The notes beneath the pieces were generated by a model. It saw only the letters and a program-made list of their open reading frames with translations. It was not told the origin of the DNA and made no database searches. 64,000 nt of DNA, taken from Candidatus Poseidoniaceae archaeon. GTDB lineage: Archaea; Thermoplasmatota; Poseidoniia; Poseidoniales; Poseidoniaceae. Numbering within the stretch: the first letter of the stretch is position 1; every line of letters starts with the position of its first letter. Of this stretch, positions 58,341 through 64,000 are shown in pieces. Location: the NCBI GenBank assembly GCA_949372655.1, contig CASIAI010000003.1, forward strand, positions 44,009 through 108,008, written 5' to 3'. The translations under genes and the position numbers were made by a program.

Positions 58341-59870
58341 TCAATAGGTTTTGGCTAGGATTACTTTTCTAGTTGTAGGCTTATCTGACATATGACAAGG
58401 TCTTGCTGCATCAAATTCTTCAGTTGCATCACCTAAGAATGTGAGTCCAGTATGTCTTTCGATAACTTCTGCATGCGCATCGGTTCCATCGAAGGCTATT
58501 TGGTAAATTTTACCATCTTCGATAACACCATTCATAGACCAAACTCCATCTGTTTCTTTGAACTCAGGTAATGGCTGAATAACATCATCCATGTGAATAG
58601 AAGAACGTTTTCTCAATTCATCTGAAACCTCTTCAAGTGCTGCTCTACAACTTTCGACAATTGTATCCATCGGAAGCGGTTCTTTACCACCGGTTCGTTT
58701 TGCTGCAAAGACAGTACCTTGGGCAATATCACGAGGACCCAAATCAAGTCTTAGAGGTACTCCTTTTATTTCCCAATCATAATATTTCTGTCCAGCACGA
58801 ATATCTCTAGAATCAACCTTCACTCTAAATCCACTATTTCGTAGAGTTTCTGCAATTTCATTGGCAGCACTTACAGTATCAACTTCGGAATTCTTCTTTA
58901 TCATAGGACAAATTACTATCTGATGTGGAGCTATTGCAGGTGGCATAATTAGTCCATTATCATCGCCATGCATTCCAACTACTGCCCCTAGTAACCTCTC
59001 AGACATACCATAAGTAGTCTGGTGACAATATTGCTGTTTAGCCTCAAGATTTTCATATTTAATATCGAACGCTTTTGCCCACTGGTCACGGTAGTGATGG
59101 CATGATGCAACTTGTAAGGTCCTACCATTTGGCATTACAGCATCGATTCCAATAGTGTACCAAGCGCCAGGGAAAGTATCCCAAATAGGTCTCTTAGCTT
59201 TGATTATTGGTAAGCATAAGTCATTCATTATTCGGTCTACGATTTCTAAGTCTTCTGCGATTTGTCTTGTTGCATCATCTTCTGTAGCATGGGCTGTGTG
59301 GGCTTCAAAGAAATGAATTTCTCTTACTCTGATAAATGAGCGAGTTTGTTTTGTTTCATATCTAAAAGTATTAACCATTTGATATATTTTTAATGGTAAA
59401 TCTTTATGAGAGCGAATCCATAATGGAAACATAGTATACATTGCAGTCTCCGAAGTTGGACGTAAAAACATAGGTATGTCTAAGTCATTATCTCCTGCAT
59501 GTTTTACCCAGTAAACTTCTTTTTTGAACCCACCCTCTTCATCTTCATCTCTTAACTCGTCAGGGTCTACACCTTCTTCTCTTGCTCGCTTTAATCTTGC
59601 GACAAGAGCGTTTTCTTTTTCTAGAAGCTTCTCAGGTATTAGAAGCGGAAAGTTAACTTCTTCATGGTCTGTTCTTTCCATCTCATTATGAGTTAGATTA
59701 TCGATAAGACGCATTGTCTTCCAACCATAAGGTCTCCAGACATCCATTCCTTTAATTGGATATCTTTTGTCGACAAGATCTGATGCTTCAACGATGAATG
59801 GGTACCATTCATTGAAATTTTCCACCTTAGAAGGTATTCCCCTCTTGGCTTTACCCGGACCTTGGCTCAT
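58341..59870 (-). CDS. proS: Proline--tRNA ligase (archaeal/eukaryotic type)
   Basis: FNEWY, LRPTSET, FRYETK.TR.FIR.RE, YGMSER, HGDD.GL, C-terminal AKTY. Confidence 0.96.
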   Translation of the reverse strand: MSQGPGKAKRGIPSKVENFNEWYPFIVEASDLVDKRYPIKGMDVWRPYGWKTMRLIDNLTHNEMERTDHEEVNFPLLIPEKLLEKENALVARLKRAREEGVDPDELRDEDEEGGFKKEVYWVKHAGDNDLDIPMFLRPTSETAMYTMFPLWIRSHKDLPLKIYQMVNTFRYETKQTRSFIRVREIHFFEAHTAHATEDDATRQIAEDLEIVDRIMNDLCLPIIKAKRPIWDTFPGAWYTIGIDAVMPNGRTLQVASCHHYRDQWAKAFDIKYENLEAKQQYCHQTTYGMSERLLGAVVGMHGDDNGLIMPPAIAPHQIVICPMIKKNSEVDTVSAANEIAETLRNSGFRVKVDSRDIRAGQKYYDWEIKGVPLRLDLGPRDIAQGTVFAAKRTGGKEPLPMDTIVESCRAALEEVSDELRKRSSIHMDDVIQPLPEFKETDGVWSMNGVIEDGKIYQIAFDGTDAHAEVIERHTGLTFLGDATEEFDAARPCHMSDKPTTRKVILAKTY

Positions 59871-59930
59871 ATTCTCAACTGCAATCATCTCTCTCATCAA
59901 GATGACGCTTGAAAAATAAAATTCTACCCA

Positions 59931-60173
59931 TTATCTCTTGGTTTTTATCAAAGCCATAATGGCTGCCAAACACCAAACGATTTCTAATACTAAGAATGCC
60001 CATTCGTAAATTAATAATGCACGTATAGCGAGTAATCCTGAACCTATCGCCATCAGAGATAGATATCTGGTATCTTTACTCCCCAAGATATCTCTAGTTT
60101 CCAACAAAAAGGCGACTAAAATACAAATCATACCGATATATGACAGTATTTCAGTAAAAATATCAATATCCAT
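59931..60173 (-). CDS. Small 3-TM membrane protein (CBU_0592-like)
   Basis: IGM..ILVAF, Y..L..IGS, FLVLE.VW pattern. Confidence 0.65.
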   Translation of the reverse strand: MDIDIFTEILSYIGMICILVAFLLETRDILGSKDTRYLSLMAIGSGLLAIRALLIYEWAFLVLEIVWCLAAIMALIKTKR

Positions 60174-60178
60174 TTGTC

Positions 60179-60775
60179 TCACTTCTTTCGAAGTAACACT
60201 ATTGTTCCAATCAATAATATCACGAGGGCAACGACGTCGGGAATTCCAATCCCGCCAGCAGTTCCACCTAAGCCTGAAGCACTATCATCTAAAAGAGAAT
60301 AAGACCAACCTTCTGATGAGCCTATTTTATGTGGACTCAATAAATTGATTCTTGTTTGCTCAGCCCCACGACATTGTTCATCAACATCACATAATGATCC
60401 TAGTACTTTAGAGAGTAGTCCAAACAAGTTAGCGATAACCAATAATAATCCGGATATTGACGCAAACTTCAATAATTTAGAATTATTACTTTTGATGCTT
60501 GGCAAATTAGGCATATCTAGGTGTGGTAAGTCATTGACTGGAAGTCCAAGTGGCTCAATCACTTCGATTAACATGTTAGTTGGAGGTGCAACCTCAGTAA
60601 CAGGTATACCTGGAGTCTGGTCAATAAAGTCACGGGATTTAACAGGTTTAACCGGAGCAATTTTGATCCCATACAATCGGTCTGCTAAACTTACCAATGC
60701 AGCATCATCTGCTATTTCAGATGGGTCGAGTTCACCATCCAATAGTTGTTGAAGTCTATCTCTCATGTCAGACAT
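60179..60775 (-). CDS. Uncharacterised membrane protein
   Basis: Pro-rich N-terminus, internal TM, C-terminal TM followed by RKK. Start moved to ATG 60775. Confidence 0.65.
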   Translation of the reverse strand: MSDMRDRLQQLLDGELDPSEIADDAALVSLADRLYGIKIAPVKPVKSRDFIDQTPGIPVTEVAPPTNMLIEVIEPLGLPVNDLPHLDMPNLPSIKSNNSKLLKFASISGLLLVIANLFGLLSKVLGSLCDVDEQCRGAEQTRINLLSPHKIGSSEGWSYSLLDDSASGLGGTAGGIGIPDVVALVILLIGTIVLLRKK

Positions 60776-60855
60776 AGTAATCCCCCGTAATGCGAGGGTG
60801 TGCACTTATCATTCAAGAATCCTCCTTTCGAGGGTTGAATAATATTTTGATGGCT

Positions 60856-61518
60856 TCAAGCATTACCTGCTGCTTCTACATCGGCCCAGTCCTTCATAAA
60901 GCCATCAATTCCCTTATCGGTCAGAGGATGCTTCATCAACTGTCGGAAAATTTTTGCTGGCATAGTTGCTGTATGTGCACCAAGTTGAATACACTGTAGA
61001 ACATGGGTTGGATGTCGAATGGAAGCAGCAAGAACCTTTGTTGTAATACTTGGGTAATTATCCCATGTTGCCATAATTTCAGCGATTAAGTTCATTCCGT
61101 CGTGTCCAGTATCGTCAATTCTTCCGATGAAAGGAGATACATAAGTCGCTCCTGCTTTTGCAGCCATCAAAGCTTGCGATGACGAAAAAATCAATGTGAC
61201 ATTTGTTTTGATACCTTTATCAGACAGAGTTTTTGTGGCTGCTAATCCTTCGGGAGTGCAAGGTATTTTGATAATAACATTTTCAGGTAGTTCTGCTTTA
61301 AGAGCCAAACCCTGTTCTACCATTCCAGCAGTATCAAGGGCAGTAACTTCAGCAGAGATTGGTCCATTACATATTGATGCGATTTCTCTTACTACTTTTT
61401 TAAAATCACGGCCACTTTTCTTTATCAGTGAGGGATTTGTAGTCACACCGTCAAGTATTCCCCATGCGGCTATTTCACGAATTTCATCTACATCAGCGGT
61501 GTCTAAAAAGAACTCCAT
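60856..61518 (-). CDS. tal: Transaldolase (TalC/FSA family)
   Basis: FLDTA, GVTTNPS, SAEV (Glu), IKIP (Schiff-base Lys), SPFIGR (Phe). The Glu/Phe pair marks transaldolase rather than FSA. Confidence 0.93.
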   Translation of the reverse strand: MEFFLDTADVDEIREIAAWGILDGVTTNPSLIKKSGRDFKKVVREIASICNGPISAEVTALDTAGMVEQGLALKAELPENVIIKIPCTPEGLAATKTLSDKGIKTNVTLIFSSSQALMAAKAGATYVSPFIGRIDDTGHDGMNLIAEIMATWDNYPSITTKVLAASIRHPTHVLQCIQLGAHTATMPAKIFRQLMKHPLTDKGIDGFMKDWADVEAAGNA

Positions 61519-61542
61519 GATTATGTGGAATAGAAGGCACTC

Positions 61543-61548
61543 TTTGAA
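61543..61548 (-). promoter_or_regulatory. Putative TATA-equivalent TTCAAA
   Basis: 24 nt upstream of transaldolase ATG 61518. Confidence 0.5.
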
Positions 61549-61565
61549 TTATCCGTATGAACAAA

Positions 61566-63821
61566 TTATTTCTTATTCCGGTAAAGGAATATCATGGAAC
61601 CTACTATTATCGATACAACAGAGGCTATGTAAATGTAATCAGTAGTCGAAATAATAGATTTTGTTTGGGTAGAATCATTAGAACTAGAATTTTCTTCGCT
61701 GTTATTTTCTTTCTCTATATTACTTTCATTTACAGAATTAATGGAGTCATCACAATAATCTGGAATGAGGTCTAAATCTGTATCGATAGAATCGTTGCCG
61801 CCAGGGCACTTGTCCTCTCCGTCATTTATTCCATCTAGATCAGAATCTTTTTGAAATATGCTACAGCCATCTATATCTACGATTTCATCTCCTGATGGAA
61901 TTGAAGTATTAGGGCATAAATCCATTTCATCTGCAACTCCATCATTATCAGAATCAATTAACTCATCACAATCATCGGGAATGGAATCATTGTCTATATC
62001 AATCAAATCATTAAACCCGACACATAAGTCTAATTCATCAATAATACTATCATTATCAGAATCAATGAATGTATCACATCCATCCGGAACCATATCACTA
62101 TCATTATCGATATTATCATCAAAGCCATTACATAAATCTAAACTATCTCTTACTCCGTCATTATCAGAATCAATTATTGCATCACAGTCATCAGGTATAT
62201 TATCTCCATCAGAATCTTTGAAATCATCAAAACCATTACAATTATCCAAATCATCAGTAACTCCATCTAAATCACTATCATCAAGACATCCATCACCATC
62301 TTTATCCCACGGAATAGAATTCTCATCAGGGCATAAATCATTCCAATTTTCAATATATTCACCTGGTGTCATGACTTTACCATAAAAAGCGATATGATTA
62401 GAATCATACCTACGAACTTTGAACACTTTGTTTCCATTACCAGTGTAGATAGAATCGCCCTGTGATAGAACCTCACCAGAATTTATTGGACTGATATATT
62501 TCCAAACAACTTCTCCTTGTAAGTCAACTTCAATAAGTGTGCCTTGAGTTCCATAAGTGATCAATGTATTACCATTTGTTAGTCTTTCAACGCCAGATAT
62601 TGATGGAGCATACATATCAGTTCCAATATCCCAACTCCAATTTACAGTTTTAGGCCCATATGCCTCACTGTTATTTTTTTGATAAGTTCCATTAATTTCA
62701 GGTGGTGATATTATATCGACAGAAGAATAGAGAGTGTTTCTACCATTGCCATTATTAAAAACAATCAAATCTCCAGCATTGGGTCTTTCTTGCTCAATCC
62801 ATTGAACGTCGTGTTGGCCGAATAATTGCTGGTCACTATTATCTCCAGCACGGTATGCTTCAGGATTACCCCACCTGTATAGAATATCTCCACCCATGTT
62901 ACTATTTCCACCGCTATGTCCTGCGGCTTCAATCGTTGTAGTACTGTGGTCTATAATGTAAATTTCATTCATGTTCTTACAGGAAATAGCGATTTGGTCT
63001 AATTCCAAATTATAATCAATTCCATTACAATGCATCCAATCACGTCCACCTGAAGCACCACTTGTGGCATCATTAAAGTTAACATCTAATAATTCTGGAT
63101 GCTGACTAACTACTCCGTAGTTATCTTTTGATGAGTCGAAGTCTTGAATTAAGTGATCCCAAGCATGCCACTCCCAAACTATCTCTACATCTTGTGTTCC
63201 GATGGGTTTAATTTCTAAAATCTTGTCAGGCCATAGAGTTGTAGAAGTTACGGTTTTATCGGAATTGGTAGATTCAGAATTCCTTCCCGATTGAGCAACT
63301 TCTTGTTCAGTCTTCTCCTCCCATGCTATCAATAGAATATTTCCATTAGGCATTGGTTCAATATCATGATGGCTCCTATGGTCTCTTGTAGAATAGTTCC
63401 ATGACCATTCTAGTTCCCCATCCCAAGAAATTCTTTCAATATTTCCAGATGCACCTCCTGCTGAGAAGTCACCAGGTTGGGTATTACCTAAATTACCAGT
63501 ACGTAGTAAGTCACCATCATCGAGTAAGTAAGCCGATAAACCTGGGCGAAGACCACTTGCTGACTGCCAGTTATGTACCTCTCTTCCATGTTCGTCAATT
63601 AGGTAGGAAGTGGTAGAAGATATTGGTGAAAGAAGTGTATATCCAATATTCATGTTGGAATTGCAGTAAATTAAACCAACACTCCATGATTCATTTCTAT
63701 CAGCATTACACACAGGAACTTGAGAGTTTTCAACTTCTAATGCTGTAGAATTAGGGGCAACTATCAATAGCGAAGCAAAAATCAATGCAATCAAAAAATA
63801 CGCAGTATTAGTCGCTCGCAT
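61566..63821 (-). CDS. Membrane-anchored arylsulfate sulfotransferase (ASST)-like beta-propeller with TSP3-like Ca-binding repeats
   Basis: Signal peptide; SHHDIE, DWMHCNGI, YRWGNP, GQHDV, FNNG; DSDxDG repeats; C-terminal TM followed by RNKK. Confidence 0.85.
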   Translation of the reverse strand: MRATNTAYFLIALIFASLLIVAPNSTALEVENSQVPVCNADRNESWSVGLIYCNSNMNIGYTLLSPISSTTSYLIDEHGREVHNWQSASGLRPGLSAYLLDDGDLLRTGNLGNTQPGDFSAGGASGNIERISWDGELEWSWNYSTRDHRSHHDIEPMPNGNILLIAWEEKTEQEVAQSGRNSESTNSDKTVTSTTLWPDKILEIKPIGTQDVEIVWEWHAWDHLIQDFDSSKDNYGVVSQHPELLDVNFNDATSGASGGRDWMHCNGIDYNLELDQIAISCKNMNEIYIIDHSTTTIEAAGHSGGNSNMGGDILYRWGNPEAYRAGDNSDQQLFGQHDVQWIEQERPNAGDLIVFNNGNGRNTLYSSVDIISPPEINGTYQKNNSEAYGPKTVNWSWDIGTDMYAPSISGVERLTNGNTLITYGTQGTLIEVDLQGEVVWKYISPINSGEVLSQGDSIYTGNGNKVFKVRRYDSNHIAFYGKVMTPGEYIENWNDLCPDENSIPWDKDGDGCLDDSDLDGVTDDLDNCNGFDDFKDSDGDNIPDDCDAIIDSDNDGVRDSLDLCNGFDDNIDNDSDMVPDGCDTFIDSDNDSIIDELDLCVGFNDLIDIDNDSIPDDCDELIDSDNDGVADEMDLCPNTSIPSGDEIVDIDGCSIFQKDSDLDGINDGEDKCPGGNDSIDTDLDLIPDYCDDSINSVNESNIEKENNSEENSSSNDSTQTKSIISTTDYIYIASVVSIIVGSMIFLYRNKK
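61700..62310 (-). repeat. Coding tandem repeats (TSP3-like DSDNDG..D..D.C units, 36-aa period)
   Basis: tcattatcagaatcaat recurs at 61942, 62050 and 62158 (108-nt spacing) inside the ASST ORF. Confidence 0.8.
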
Positions 63822-63848
63822 ACTAATGTCACTCGTTTATTACTTTCA

Positions 63849-64000
63849 TTATTTTCTATTGATTGCTCTATTGACTGCATCTTCGATGAATGGGCTTGAA
63901 ATTTCAAGCAAGTCTAGCATTTCATCCGATTGACCAGATTCTCCAAATCTATCTTTAACACCAACCATTTCTAATGGTACAGGGCAATTGGAAGATAGAT
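63849..64000 (-). CDS. Transketolase C-terminal region (partial, runs off window)
   Basis: Manual translation LSSNCPVPLEMVGVKDRFGESGQSDEMLDLLEISSPFIEDAVNRAINRK* matches the transketolase C-terminal GV.D.FGESG motif. Not in the ORF track. Confidence 0.8.
   Translation of the reverse strand, partial: LSSNCPVPLEMVGVKDRFGESGQSDEMLDLLEISSPFIEDAVNRAINRK

Noticed and set aside
61940-62176. Regularly spaced 17-nt direct repeats resembling a CRISPR array
   Set aside because: The 108-nt period is in frame and encodes IDSDND Ca-binding repeats of the ASST; the intervening sequences resemble each other and no cas genes are present.
3-63616. Numerous short alternative-frame ORFs in the supplied track
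   Set aside because: They overlap well-supported genes on the opposite strand or frame and show no recognisable motifs.
1-64000. tRNA, rRNA, SRP RNA, integrase/transposase or defence systems
   Set aside because: Intergenic gaps are short and showed no cloverleaf or T-loop signature by eye, and no ORF has recombinase, transposase or nuclease-effector motifs. A covariance-model scan would be needed to exclude small RNAs.

Overview
Gene-dense, AT-rich archaeal chromosomal segment with about 58 CDS. I found no rRNA, tRNA, CRISPR array or mobile element. Gene content and protein style point to Thermoplasmatota, most likely Marine Group II (Ca. Poseidoniales); this is an inference. Housekeeping content: EF-2/S7/S12, the proteasome-SBDS-exosome-L37ae-Pcc1-prefoldin superoperon, TiaS, TrmY, Dph6, GlyRS, ProRS, SRP54, RFC large subunit, a long Lhr, TrkAH, CoaBC, PurB, transaldolase and transketolase. 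Isoprenoid and ether-lipid genes: thiolase, DUF35, IPK, an IDI1-GGPS fusion, an AMPD-like UbiD and GGR. Main points of interest: (1) a stand-alone MamK-like actin flanked by uncharacterised Zn-ribbon proteins; (2) a non-canonical TTCAA(A/G) box exactly 23-24 nt upstream of at least nine start codons; (3) a Get3/ArsA ATPase with an HSP20-like tail directly before SRP54; (4) an eroded HMG-CoA-synthase/DUF35 fusion; (5) large modular surface proteins and an archaeosortase. All protein calls come from motif recognition, not database searches. Several starts were moved from the ORF track to a more plausible downstream ATG.
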